A stretch of 45,797 bases of DNA, filler included, from Catajapyx aquilonaris (Eukaryota), in NCBI GenBank assembly GCA_000934665.2. It is 2 parts of 2 records of this genome, joined end to end, with 100 filler letters (N's around TTAATTAATTAA, not from the genome) between each part and the next. Parts side by side here need not be neighbours in the genome. Positions count along the whole stretch, not along the records: positions 1 to 22,829 come from JYFJ02005801.1; 1 more part is not named here. One strand, written 5' to 3'. The translations under genes and the position numbers were made by a program. Shown piece after piece: positions 1-11,693 of the stretch; position 1 is the stretch's first letter; each line of letters opens with the position of its first letter. The notes beneath the pieces were generated by a model. It made no database searches and had not been told where the DNA came from. It worked only from the letters and a program-made list of their open reading frames with translations.

Positions 1-28
1 ATATATATATATATATATATAATATATA
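1..28. repeat. (AT)n microsatellite
   Basis: Direct reading of the sequence at the window start. Confidence 0.95.
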
Positions 29-374
29 TTCAAATTCTGTTTTTGGTTTGGTTTACGTATGAAAAAAAGGGAAAGCAAATGTATAAGGAAATTATTTTTT
101 GTTGGTTATGAAATGTATGGAGCCAACCGGGCCTCTGGGAATGGAAATGAATATTTACTCCCTTCACTGTTTCTTTTTGACGCTCCACCTAAATTTGATC
201 TTTTGCGACATTGAGATGAAATCAAAATACCAGATCTGTTGATCAATGGGCCGGTCCACTCCAAAGGTCGATAGCTTTATTATATGTTTCAAAATTACAG
301 GTATTTCTGTCTTTCTCCCCTCTTTCATTTCCATTAACTACATTGTAAAGTGGGGGAAAAAATGCTATATAGTA

Positions 375-774
375 CAGTACCCTGCATTAATGGTCATGCA
401 CAGACATCGCCACCTGTTCAAGAACGAGCGGAAATAGGCGCCGCTGGGGTGCGTCCAAAATACTTGGGACAGCTCAAGATATAGCGGTAGATTCAAACTC
501 TTGCTACAAAGATGGATCACAGCGGATCACAGATATATCTGTGGGATGAATTATAAGGCCATTGCGATTCCTATCAATGTATTGAGGTTGTGAACCAGTT
601 ATTACACGGACCGAGCGAATGCCTGCTAATCCACCGCGATATCTTGAGCCGTCTAGAGCGGACTTGTAAGCAGTCTTGATCATCAAAGTATTTTTGGACA
701 CAGCCCACCAGACGCCTAGTTCCGCTCAATCTGGCCAGATGGCGTCTGTGCATGGCCATTAATGCAGGGTACTG
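375..774. mobile_element. Tc1/mariner-superfamily MITE, copy 1
   Basis: TIR CAGTACCCTGCATTAATGG...CCATTAATGCAGGGTACTG flanked by TA on both sides; second copy at 35306-35788. Confidence 0.9.
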
Positions 775-993
775 TACAATAATAAGACCAAATGTGTCAG
801 TATGTAATATGCAAGCTGTCTAGATCAGTGTCCTCATGATGTGTCATTAAAAATTGTAACCCGACTAGGGGCAACTCCCCCCCCCCCAAAATAGGTATGT
901 GCCTAAGAAAAGGGGTAATAAATAATAATAATAATACATAATAATTTCTTCTTGCTTTATTGTGCACAATATTTTTGACTATATCTTTTCCAG

Positions 994-1616
994 ATTTTAA
1001 GAGAGTTTGAGAGGCTAAACGACGGATTCAAGGAGCCTGGCCTCGATAAGATATTCTTGAATGGCTTACTACCTGCGACGTCAAAACTGCTTGCATTGAA
1101 GAAGAATACGGCAACTCTGAAACTGATGAATGACATGGATGAGCAAAAAAACAAGTGCAGCAGTGTTGAGGAAGCCAAGGGCATTCAAGTGAATACAGCA
1201 TTAGTCATCCTGGCCACCCGGGTTGGCTAGATGACTACCAAGATGTTTGTGAAGGAGGACGAAAAAGTCAGTTCTGCTGTATTGATAAGAAATTTGTATA
1301 AGTCGTACAGAAAATAATGTTGTTGGTTTTTTTTTCAGAGGTAGTCATACCCCGTCATCACGTACAGTGGTAGCAGCCTCCTGAACGCCGAATTCAAAAT
1401 TGAGGTGAGGGAGGAGCAAGTAGTGGCGACTGCACATGACATGACATAACAGAAGCAGTGACCCTCTTGTTCTGTGTGTGTTACGTTTTATGGCTGGAGT
1501 TTCCCGCAAAAGGTAAAACGTTGCTTATGTTTGTTGGGCACTATTTCCTTAGGATGAAGGATTGCCAACCGGGAAGGAAGGCCATGACACTGTGGAGGGA
1601 TCTCCACAGTTTGTAA
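994..1616 (+). pseudogene. Degenerate two-exon fragment of a SAMD3-like accessory protein of the type carried by CACTA/EnSpm elements
   Basis: Acceptor tttccag at 993; reads ILREFERL...KLLAL; GT donor ~1267, acceptor tttcag at 1338; then EAVTLLFCVCYVLWLEFPAKGKTLLMFVGHYFL...stop 1616, with AATAAA downstream. Frameshifted. Confidence 0.5.
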
Positions 1617-2027
1617 AATAATACAAAAATAAATGCATTGTGTCAAAAACAGACACCCTGACTTTCTGAATACCTTGGGCCCTCTGGGCTACATCAGGCG
1701 GAGGGTTCTACCAACTGTGAGACTACGCACTCCGGAATCTTACAATATGTAGTCAGCTCTGCAGCCATATTTTCGAGCCAATGTCAAGGAGATGAAGATA
1801 AGAGACATGCGTGAATACACAGTATCCAGTGACAAAGAGACAGTGGCAGTCAGGTACTCCTTCAGTGGTCGTGAGTAGGCCTACATCAAAATACGAAGTA
1901 TGAGGAAACTACCCCCCACTTTGTCATTTCCTGCACTGTATTCAGAGCCTCCTTGTATCAAATGGGTTAAAAAAGCAGATCTCCTTAAACTTACAAAATA
2001 CCTGCAAAATCCTCAGAACGAAACCTT

Positions 2028-2701
2028 TTACATTAACCTTAGAGCTGACACAGAAGTAGCTCTACACCCCACGACGCGAAGGATCCCAATTCCCCTCAAG
2101 ACGGCAAAGAGGAGCTGGACAGGGTGGTCCAGGACGGGGTGATTGTTCCTGTAGAATGCCCGACAGACTGGTGTGCACCAATGGTTCTGGTGCCCAAGAA
2201 GGGATCCAAGCGTCTGCGGGTATGTGTGGACTTCACAGAGGTAAATAAGGTAGTACGTAGAGAACACCACCCGCTTCCTGAGGTGGAACACACACTGGCT
2301 CAGTTAAGCAAGGCCAAGATTATGTCTAAAATCGACTGCAACTCGGGGTTTTGGCAGGTGCCTCTTACCGAAGCATCATCGCACCTGACCACTTTCATAA
2401 CTCCATTTGGGCATTACAGATTCCTTTGTTTGCCATTCGGAATTTGGTCAGCTCCAGAGACTTATCAGCGGAGGATGTCGCAGCTATTCCAGGGCCTAGA
2501 TGGGGTTGTGTGTCACATGGACGACGTCCTAGTATACAGAGCTAAGCAGGAACAGCACGACGAGCGACTCAGGAAGGTACTGCGAAGGATGTAAGAAGCA
2601 CGCCTCATGGTAAACCCAGCCGAATGCTGTTTCTCAACCCAGGAAATGAAGTTTCTTGGTCACCTATCACGCCACGTGGGATCGAGATGGACCTCAACAA
2701 G
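2028..2701 (+). mobile_element. Ty3/Gypsy reverse transcriptase fragment
   Basis: RRIPIPL, WCAPMVLVPKK, LRVCVDF, KIDCNSGFWQVPL, TTFITPFG, LPFG, HMDD (YxDD variant), KFLGH, GIEMDLNK; stop and frameshifts; no LTR seen. Confidence 0.92.
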
Positions 2702-3048
2702 GGAAGACTGGGCGAGGACGGCTGAAGGAGATGGCCAGGGAGAGAGTGGGCTTGAAGCTGGAGTCCATCTCCAGGGCTCATCGTGTTGGGCCAAAGCTCG
2801 TGGTGAAATTTGACAGTGGGAAGGAACGTGAGGGGATGCTGCGTGAGAAGATCAAGTTGAGGGGCAGCCAAATATATATTGACGTGGACTTTAGTGTCGC
2901 AACCAGGGCTGTCAGGAGGGAGCTCTTCAAGATGGCCAAGGAGTGGCGGGAAGCTGGCACCCTCTGCACAGTGAGGGTTGACAGGCTGATGGCGGACGGG
3001 AGGTGGTACCGGTGGGACGAGGAGAAGAAAGAGGCAGTGCTGGAGTGA
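2702..3048 (+). mobile_element. Non-LTR retrotransposon ORF1 fragment (L1 transposase-like RRM/CTD), copy A
   Basis: ISRAHRVG..VVKF...KLRGSQIYIDVDFS..RRELF...RVDRL..GRWY; paralogues at 8847 and 13634. Confidence 0.75.
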
Positions 3049-3070
3049 CTGGAGGCTGGCTGCAGGAGGA

Positions 3071-3161
3071 CGAGGAGAGGGACGAGGAGAGGGCCGAGGA
3101 AGATCCTACTGAGGTCCCCTCAGTAGGATCTTCCTCGGCCCTCTCCTCGTCCCTCTCCTCG
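3071..3161. repeat. Perfect inverted repeat with 44-bp arms and a 3-nt loop
   Basis: 3071-3114 is the exact reverse complement of 3118-3161. Confidence 0.95.
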
Positions 3162-3599
3162 GGAAGGGGACGGAAGAGACAAATCAAGGTACTGTAACAG
3201 TGATATTAGTTTACTAGAAGAGGCCATTATCTTCCACACCGGCATATTAGTTGTTGCTGAGGGTCAGCCCAGTCCTCTTCTCAGCCTCCATTTCACTTCT
3301 ACAGAACCCAATGACTTTGAACCCCAATCATGTAGTGCCCCAGGGAGTGAACAGGGGGCGAATGAAGGCGATGAAGAAGGGGCGAATGCAAACCAAGGTA
3401 GATTATCATCATTGGTAATATTGTCCTTAAGGGCCGGGTGCGCCATGCACGGTATATAAGGAACTATTGGTTCTTTCCATAAACAACTCACGGCAAGAAT
3501 GGGTTGTTTACCATAATTATACTGTGCGTGGCGCACCCGGCCCTAAGACTGTAAAATACAGTGACGCCACACACTGACACTACTGTCTTTTGGTTTGCT

Positions 3600-3899
3600 A
3601 GAGATTCAGAAGACACGTAAGAGATTTCGTCATGAAGCATCTGACTCGAAAAGAAAACGTCTCCGGAATAGTGGTCAAGATTACGTGAATCGAGCAAAGC
3701 GATCATCAGATGAGATGGTTGGTCATAAATGGATCAGAAATTGTCATATGTTCACCGATGAAGACGAAGAAAGGGTACATAAGTCATTTAGGGATCGTGG
3801 TGACTGGAACCTGCAGAACACGTGGATTTGTGGTCAAGTAGAGGAAACTCTTCCAAAGCGACAGTATCATATCAAAATGAACAACAAAGAACCACGGCG
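3600..3899 (+). mobile_element. Sola1-type transposase N-terminal fragment
   Basis: KRKRLRNSGQDY...FTDEDEERVHKSF..GDWNLQNTWICGQV...PKRQ resembles the N-terminal region of Sola1 transposases. Confidence 0.5.
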
Positions 3900-3902
3900 T
3901 GA

Positions 3903-4587
3903 AGCTGGGTTTACATGTGAGCGAAATAATCAGCGATTTGCATCGCCAGCGATGAAATCCTAACGAAAGCAGTGATTTGGGCCGAAAGTAGCAATCGCGT
4001 TTAAGAAGGGAGGGCCTCGGCGATGACATCGCTCAAGGAGATGGCGACGACATCGTCGCTCACTTGTGGCGTATTCGGGTGGCTGTACTGTGACGGCGTG
4101 TGGTGGCAGAAAGGCACCCGCCTGTTTTCGTTCGATTTCCAACATGGCGTCAGGGGGGAAGAAGCCGCAGATGAAGACGTCATACTTCAGCGCCCAGAAA
4201 GAGGCTCTGATCACGGCCGTGAGTGATCGGAGCCCTCTCTGGGACAAAGGCTCGGCTCAATACCGGGATAGGAACATCAGGGATGTTCTGTGGGAGGAGG
4301 TAGCACAGGAGGTCAATATTCCTAGTAAGTAAAAGTGGGTAGTCTCTTTGCCATTCCAAAATTCGAGCCATAAACAACCCGATCGTCTTTTGTCTCCTTC
4401 CGATAGTCCTTCGCGCGGGCGATGCTGTTGGCATGCCGTGGCGATGCACGTCGCCGGCATGTAAACACACGGGCGATGCTTAAGCGCTATCGCTTGAGTC
4501 ATGACGTCAGAACCGCTACAATTCACGGTCGAAATGCATCGCCGCGATGCATTTCGCTGATCATTTCGCTCACATGTAAACCCACCT
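3903..4587 (+). mobile_element. Non-autonomous PIF/Harbinger element carrying a MADF (Myb/SANT-like) exon
   Basis: TIR AG(C/G)TGGGTTTACATGTGAGCGAAAT at both ends, flanked by TGA/TAA; ORF from ~4144 with EALITAVSDRSPLWD...YRDRNIRDVLWEEVA, ending at a GTAAGT donor. Confidence 0.85.
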
Positions 4588-4844
4588 TAAGATTAGCAGA
4601 CTGTTTTTCCTGCGAAAGCTAGGTAACATTACTGCACTTCAGCTATGCCATTTTCTCAAAATGAGGTTTTGTGGGTTAGCCCACCATTCCTCTAAGAGGC
4701 TCATGTAGGGTCGACACTCGACCATCGGAACGGCTCCCCAGAGGAGCCGCCCGTCCCACGATCGAGTCCCAAACCAGGAAGGTCCGGAGCTCGCCCCAAT
4801 CTCGTCCGACAGGCCTCTCGACTTCTGCCTGGTCACCCAGGCCT

Positions 4845-5197
4845 CCAAATCGTTTTGAACCATCGTTTTCAAGGCATGAATGAAATTTCCGAGTTTTCCG
4901 TTCCTTTGCCCTTCGGCACTTCTTAGTTTATCAGAGAAGGAACTTCAAAAGTGTGTCGGCGACTTTTCAGTGAAATATTCCAGAGGCATTAGTTCACATT
5001 TTGTACGCCAAATTGTTACATTTAGTCACTATGCAAAGGAAGACATGACAAAACTTACGACAATTCGCGAAGTTGCTAGTTTCATTATGGAAAAGGGCTA
5101 TTGTACTTCTTTTCCTGATTTACTCGTATTTACTCAGTGTTTAATCTTCCTTACTTTGCCAGTAACGGTGCCCTCAGCAGAACGCGCATTTTCGAAA
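4845..5197 (+). mobile_element. hAT transposase C-terminal dimerisation-domain fragment
   Basis: LNHRFQGMNEI..F.FL.P, then SFPDL...LIFLTLPVTVPSAERAFSK, cut off directly after SK. Confidence 0.88.
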
Positions 5198-5199
5198 GT

Positions 5200-5898
5200 G
5201 AGCAAGCTGTCACCCAATTCTACAACAACGAGGAAGTGTCACGCCTCTTCCCAGGGAAAAAAGGACTGTGTCGGTGAAAACCCGTGACGGAAGGGAGCAA
5301 CACCAAAAGCGGCTTCTCCTTGCTAATTTAAAGGAACTGCATGAACTATTCAAGGAGAAGCATCCTGAACACAAAATCGGGTTTCGGAAGTTTTGTTTGC
5401 TTCGCCCGAAGTGGTGCGTAAGCGCAGGTTCGCCAGGAACACATTGTGTGTGTGCTTGCACGTATGGTACCATCAAAATTAATGGTGCACGGGGCCAAAT
5501 TGAAGAACCTGTCGAAATATCATCACCTACTGGAAAAACTTTTATGCTCTTTGGAAGATCGGAACTGCATGTTGCCCTAGAATCTACAAGGTGCGAGAAG
5601 GACTACTGGCATCACCAGAACTGTCCGTCAAAGAAGACGTAACCAATGGAACAACTCAGAACGTTAGTGTCTGTTGTAGATACCGCTGATGATTGTGTGG
5701 AGACATTGGCGCATAAACTGCAAACCTTACCTCCCCATCATTTTGCGGCACAAGCACAGCAACGACATTTGTCCAGTGTGGAAGGAAGATAATGCAGGAT
5801 TGTTGTGTGATAATTGCAGATTTCTCAGAAAATTATCACTTCATAAAACAGGATGAGGTGCAGGGATTCCACTGGAACAAGGACCAGGCAACATTACT
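5200..5898 (+). mobile_element. Sola2-type transposase fragment, frameshifted
   Basis: QFYNNEEVSRLFPGKKD, QKRLLLANLKELH.LFKEKHP.HKIGF.KFC.LRPKWC..G..GTH.VC.C, and DFSENY..QDEVQGFHWNKDQATL. Confidence 0.7.
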
Positions 5899-6419
5899 AT
5901 TAGAGCAACAAAGAGATTCAGATGTGCTGAATGCATACCTCAATGATGCTGCATCCCAACGCCTCTATTTTGTTTAGGTGAAGAAACGCATTGCATATAA
6001 AACGATGACGTTAAGTTAGGCTGGGCCGACTATACGCGGCACGTCCTGTAGATGGCTCTGACCGTAGCCACCTGCATGCTCCATGTTATGATATCCAGCA
6101 AGTATATTAAGTACACCCTTTGCTGACATTTCAGTTCTGCATTACAAACGTGAAGTACGTACGTACGTAACAACTTCCCTGCTCTATGAGAGTGTAAGTG
6201 GCTTAAGTACGTACAACCTGACTGTACGACATGGGCCGCAAAAAGAGCACCTGTTTCATGTGGCATGAAGGTATAGCAGGCCGTCGAAGTGTGGGCATTG
6301 GTAGTTGTGTGTACAAGTTTTTGTTTCAAAAGAGTGATGAAGGATGTCAAGATGTGTGCCTGTGTTCTAGATAACACCTGCTCCGGGTGGAGTAAAAACC
6401 CACATAAGGGGGCCATATT

Positions 6420-6810
6420 GCATTATTGGAGGATATGGTCCCATATATTTGAAACTCTAAAATTGTGGAAAGGCGATGTTCATGTTACGGAACAGGTCAA
6501 ATTTATCAAAGTGGTTAATATCGATCAAAGCAGTAATTGATCTTTGGGAGGTATTGTCAGCACTCAACCAGGACCCTTTAGAGCATTTTTTGGTGCAGTT
6601 AGAAAAAACAAGAGAAACAAGAAGCCCACTCCGGAACAATTTTGTGGAGCATACAGAATTCTCTGCATTTGCAGATATTTTTACTCGGCCCTGTAGAGAT
6701 ACTCTTTCCCAAGTGGAGGCCTTTGATTTGTCTTGGGATGAGAGTGACATTGCTCCAAGTGTTGTGGAAGACAATGTGATCATGTACGATCATGTTAATA
6801 TATATGTGGA
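6420..6810 (+). mobile_element. P-element/THAP9-like transposase C-terminal fragment
   Basis: WLISIKAVIDLWEVL...LNQDPLEHF, matching the NQDxLExxF motif around the catalytic glutamate. Confidence 0.7.
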
Positions 6811-6829
6811 GTGTACATGAAAAAGTTGC

Positions 6830-7083
6830 AAAGGCACCTCCTCAGGGGCGGGGACGGCTCCCCTCTCTGCGGCCACTGCCACCAGGCCCCTTCTCTGACG
6901 GTCCAGCACATGCTGCTGGACTGTCCTGCATTGCACCAACTCCGCCTAGACACCGGTCTCCTGCGGGCGGGAGATCCCGCTCCTTCCACCCTCGCTCATC
7001 TGCTGTCCGACTCTGCGGACCCCACTGTTATGTTGGCTCTCTTTTCTTTTTTGAAAAGAACCAACATGTATGGAGATCTATAA
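6830..7083 (+). mobile_element. I-clade LINE ORF2 C-terminus (CCHC zinc knuckle)
   Basis: HLL...PLCGHCH..LTVQHMLLDCPAL...LFSFLKRTNMYGDL-stop. Confidence 0.8.
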
Positions 7084-7970
7084 CCGTTGCATTTTAAAAA
7101 TATACTCGTAACGTTTTGTTTCACTTGTTACACTCTATTGGAATTTTACAGGCACTACTGTAATAAATGCACAGGAGATAGGGCTGGGACTTCCAAACAT
7201 TGGACCTGTGATCCTAAAACTTGAAGGATCACAAGCAATGGAAGGCACTGGACCGGACTACATTTTGTGTTGGATGGTACACGAAATATTCCCACAAATT
7301 GAGCACATGAAGACGTATGAATCTCTGAGAGACGCACTTTTCGGCCAACAACTCTTCTGTGGGGAAGGATATATTGCTATCCTGATGGCGTCCTTTTATG
7401 ATTATGAGAGCCTCGCAATGTACACCCTTGTCATTCGTAAGTATCGCTACATCGATAAATCTCCACATGTTTAATAAGCTCAATGACAATTTCATTTTCC
7501 TATGATTCCATGTATTAGGTGCAACCCCAAGAATTCATGCTAATGCTAATGTCACACAAAATCAAGCGTGCAGTGCCTGAAGAAGAAATCTGATAAGGCA
7601 TAGGCATCAGCCAGCAACAATGCCAAAAGTGCATCGTCAACGCCAGCTTTACCGTCGTGCAAGTAATGAATCCTCTGCAAGCATGGATGCAGCTGGACGA
7701 TAAGCTACATAGCGATTCAGCAGTGTTACCTTTGAAGATGCATCAATGCTGTCAGAATGTTGAAGAATTGTGCAAGTAGTGTATCGTCAGAAAACAATAA
7801 CAACAGACAATAACGAAGACAGCAAGTTAGTCCCCGGATATTGAAACTGGAATTTATCTCTGAAACTATGAGGGTCCAATAAAATATTCTTTCGAGCACA
7901 TTCACTACCTCACATTCCTTTACTCGTCTAGCACATTCACTCCGGGGGCCAACTTGACAGCGGTGAATAG

Positions 7971-8196
7971 CCATGGCATCCAATGACTCCAACATTGCAT
8001 AAGATTCTAACTCATGGGGCAACTGTAATAGAAAACTGCCTTTTGCCTATTGGACAACTCTCCGAAGAAGCGACTGAAGCATGGAACAAGCACTTCCGGT
8101 CATATCGTTTATCCCACTCGAAAGTTTCTTAGGGAGTCATGCAATGTTGATGTCTTGTACAGGCTTCTCTTGACATCAGATCCTCTTTTGACTAGA
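7971..8196 (+). mobile_element. Transib (RAG1-related) transposase C-terminal fragment
   Basis: Manual translation, absent from the ORF track: PWHPMTPTLHKILTHGATVIENCLLPIGQLSEEATEAWNKHFRSYRLSHS...DVLYRLLLTSDPLL. Confidence 0.88.
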
Positions 8197-8224
8197 GGTT
8201 TGGTAATTTTTTTTGCCAACTGGT

Positions 8225-8846
8225 GAGGCGCAACTTGAACAAGGTTCTGAATCTGCAGCTATCTGCTTTGATTTTGAAAAGAACTTACCCCTACCAGTGA
8301 CAAACATTGGACAAGAATACTTCAAAAGGCAACTTGGGTTACACAATCTGGGAATCATTGACTTGGCAACCAAGAAAGCAGTGATGTGCATCTATCCTGA
8401 ACATTACAGTGAAAAAGGTCCAAATGAAATCATTACCATCTTGAAGTGGTTTGTCGAAAACATATTATCGGAGAATAAGAAGCTTCATGTGTTCATGGAT
8501 AATGGATTTGTGCAATGTAAAAACAAGTTCATTTTCGCAATAGGAGCGCAATGCCAGAGAGTTTAAGGCCTAACTTCAAGCGGATCCTCATGCCAAAAAG
8601 TGAAAATCTTACCGTTGACCCAGCCAGCTTGTAAGTTTAATGAGATATGCTTGTATTATCCAATTCCCGGGCATTCATTCATGGCTATCGATCGTTGCTT
8701 TGGCAAGATTGAGCAGTTGCGGAAGAAGAAAAACTATCACTGTACCATCAACATCGGTGAATATGATTCGATAATGCAGTTGCGAAGAAGTTTGTGGTCG
8801 TTTATGTGAAACTTCCAGTCACAATGGAAGAAGATGGTTGTCCTGT
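8225..8846 (+). mobile_element. Sola1-type DDE transposase fragments
   Basis: ICFDFEKNLPLP...YFKRQL..HNLGI, KGPNEI, FMDNG..QCKN, then PGHSFMAIDRCFGKIE; an unrelated ~80 bp stretch sits between the two parts. Confidence 0.75.
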
Positions 8847-9275
8847 TATTCCCGGAGGGACAACCTGGTGGTCAGCGGGATCCCGGAAGAGCCGGAGGGG
8901 ACTTGGGCAAGGACAGAGGAGTTGCTGAAGGAGATGGTGAGCAAGAGGATGGGCCTGACTTTGCGGTCAATCTCCCGCGCACACCGGGTGGGGCCGAAGA
9001 GGTAGGGGGTGGACCGCAAGGTGGTGGTGAAGTTTGATGCGGGGAAGGAGAGGGAGGCTATGCTGAGGGAGAAGGTGAAGCTGAAAGGTACCAACATATA
9101 CATCGACGAGGACTTCTCACTGGCGACCCGGGAGGTGCGCAGGCAGCTCTTCCGGGTAACACGGGATTGGCGAGCCTCTGGAACCCCCAGCACTGTCCGG
9201 GTGGACAAGCTGGTGGCCGGGGGGAAATGGTACGCGTGGGGTGAGGAGAAGCACGAGGCAGTGCTGGAGCAGAGA
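8847..9275 (+). mobile_element. Non-LTR ORF1 fragment, copy B
   Basis: YSRRDNLVVSGIPE...ISRAHRVG...RKVVVKF...LKGTNIYIDEDFS...RVDKL. Confidence 0.78.
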
Positions 9276-9616
9276 AAGGGAAACCAAGGAGAGCGGAGTG
9301 ACCGGGCAACAGGAGGATGGAACCTGCTGTAACCACATGCGGCACCAATGCCAATCCGGCAGTCCGCAAAGAAGACTGCCACGCCTGCGCCTCACGCTGT
9401 GTAAAACAGGGCACGCGCAGTGCCCCCGAACCACCAACCAATGCCCAAACCAGCATTCTATCAGCAATCTCCTCAGGAGACACACCGCTCCGCCTGGAGA
9501 CTGCAAAGCATCCAAACCGGTACTTCTCAGGGCAATTCCCCCACAGAAACAACGGCCTATTAGGAGGCCAACCAGACACCATCATCCCCGCTAACACACA
9601 TTTGTTCCCAGCAGTC

Positions 9617-9806
9617 ATGCCCCAGCTTCCAACATTCACGAACTCAGAGAGGTTCGACATGCTGATGATGTACGCTGATTGTGGGAAGAATGCTGTTCAA
9701 GCTACGTTGGAGTATGCCCACAGATACCATGACTGGAACCATCCTGGTGATAGGTCCATCCGGCGCCTGGTGAAGCAGCTGCGAGAACACGGGTCATTCC
9801 TTCCGG
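9617..9806 (+). mobile_element. Tc1/mariner-type N-terminal HTH (DUF4817-like) fragment
   Basis: FTNSERFDMLMMYADCGKNA..A..EYA.RY....HP...IRRLVKQLREHGSF. Confidence 0.8.
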
Positions 9807-10030
9807 GGGCCCGTGTGGTTCTTTGTGGGAGACGAAATCAACATGCTGACCATTCCAGCATGGACATGTTTGCTCTTTGCCTGCAAACGTCCGCCCTGAC
9901 GGACCCACCACATGAAGTACTGTATGTATCCAATTGGATAAGGACACCCAAGATTACTAAAGTAATATGCAGCAAGTAATAAGTCACCAACCCCAAATGG
10001 TACAGACTGACGTGCACAGTACTTGTGAAA

Positions 10031-10127
10031 ATGTCTGATTTATTATCAAATAGCATCGTCAAGGATTTCAATCCAAATGTGACGCATCTGGTGGCTGCAA
10101 GTTGCACGGGACCCAATAAGTATTTAG
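10031..10127 (+). pseudogene. Possible BRCT-domain exon fragment
   Basis: IVKDFNPNVTHLVAASCTGPNKYL followed by a G/GTAAA donor and AT-rich intron-like DNA. Confidence 0.4.
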
Positions 10128-10587
10128 GTAAAACATCACATTTTACCTGATTTGTCCCAAAGCTGTCATTTGCTTATATACCTTGAGGGGAACTGTATTG
10201 TATCACCTGTAAATTGCACACATGTTGCTGTAACTTCAGAATGTGCCCTACGATTATAATTCTAGATAATTTTTCATATGATGAATCAATTGTATGACCT
10301 TCCTTTGCCGAAACTATATTTTTTTCTTCTTTTCATTAATACCCCAATCATATGTAGTGCATGCCCATTGCTCTGTCTCTTATGCAGTGAAAAGGACCAC
10401 GTATTTATTATTTTTTATCGATCATTGATATTCATAGCCGTTAAATCGTCACTCGAACTAAGGTGTATTGCAAGGCTGATCTATGGGAAGTGCCATTATA
10501 CAGTGTTAATTTTGTTATCTCCCAAGCTAGTATAGGTGTTATTTTTACAAAAATTAATGGATGATCTGCTCTTGTTATCAGGATAAA

Positions 10588-10725
10588 AGTTTTGGGGCCG
10601 ATATGCGATGAACCCGGCCAAACCACGCATTAAGGCCGTACATACAGTGAAGCAGTTGTGGGAGGTTATGCTAGACCCTAGTTGCGAGGTGACATCAGGT
10701 TTACCTGTAGGAGAGAGAACACCTT
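10588..10725 (+). mobile_element. Probable Maverick/Polinton protein-primed PolB fragment (motif B region)
   Basis: SFWGRYAMNPAKPRIKAVHTVKQLWEVMLDPSCEV resembles the NSxWG(K/R) region of pPolB. Confidence 0.5.
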
Positions 10726-11399
10726 CTGCATAACTTCCAACCCCAGAGATGATCTCCCGCAGTCCCATCCATCCACATCTGAATTTTTGACAGGACCACT
10801 ACATTGGAGAAAAGGGCTGCTTTCACCTTCTTTCTCAAGGCAATCAAAGCACGAAATGCACCAGGAAAGTAGGACTGTGAGGAATTTATAAGAAATGATA
10901 AGGAACTTTGCAACAAGGCCCGACAGTAGTGATGAATCACGTATTCGAGGTACACAAAGCTAAGAAATGATCGAAATGAGACACACAAGACAGCAATTGT
11001 CCGAAGGAAATATTTCCCCGACATACCATTTTGTGCTTAATAAGCCGGTTCCATTTTAAATTGTGCATTAGCTGGTACAGAATGTCAATCAATCACCTTT
11101 TTCTGAAAAATATATGTAAAGCACGTGTGGAAAATTATCACACATGGTCCAAGTAGGCTACCTTTTATGTCACATGCAAGGGCTGCTCCAGAGGAGGCAG
11201 ATGTTAACGAGCTGCGCAAGGTCATTGATGAATAAAATCATTGCCGGCCTGCAGGAGGAACTGAATTTTCTCAAACAAGGTAATTTGAATTATGTATGTT
11301 GGACAAATTTAAATGTTTTCTGTGACATTTTGCACGAGCTTGAATTTTTTTAGTAACCTTCACAGCACCTGAAGCTATCACGTTCATGACAGCTTGGAA

Positions 11400-11693
11400 A
11401 GAAGTCATGCAACTATTCGGTTTTAAGATAGCCATAGCACAGGAGCTATTTGATTCCATTCAGCCTGACGACACTTGACACCGATGAGGAAACTTCACCA
11501 CGACCAAAGAAGAAGAATGTCACACCTTTGCCACCACCTAGCCACCACCTAGCCACCGCAAGAAAGGCAATGAACACATGCCGAAGGTAATTAAATTGAA
11601 AACCTTCGGAAAGTGTCGTTAGGCTGGATGCAAAGAAAGGTGAAGGGTCATGTGCAGTAAATGTAATGCGTTTTTGTGTTTGAATGCTGACAG
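11400..11693 (+). mobile_element. piggyBac transposase C-terminal Cys-rich domain fragment
   Basis: MQLFGFKIAIAQEL...RKKGNEHMP...KCR.AGCKER.RVMCSKCNAFLCLN, with internal stops. Confidence 0.75.

Noticed and set aside
2124..2594. Retron, DGR or other stand-alone RT system
   Set aside because: Motifs are standard Ty3/Gypsy and the frame is broken.
2927..3197. Mirror-image acidic/Ser-rich ORFs on both strands
   Set aside because: A by-product of the 91-bp palindrome.
5990..6420. Possible MITE with repeated AAGTACGTAC motifs
   Set aside because: I could not find matching terminal inverted repeats or a TSD.
9317..9979. 220-aa ORF as a real gene
   Set aside because: Only the central DUF4817-like HTH is recognisable; the flanks are unrelated pieces read through by chance.
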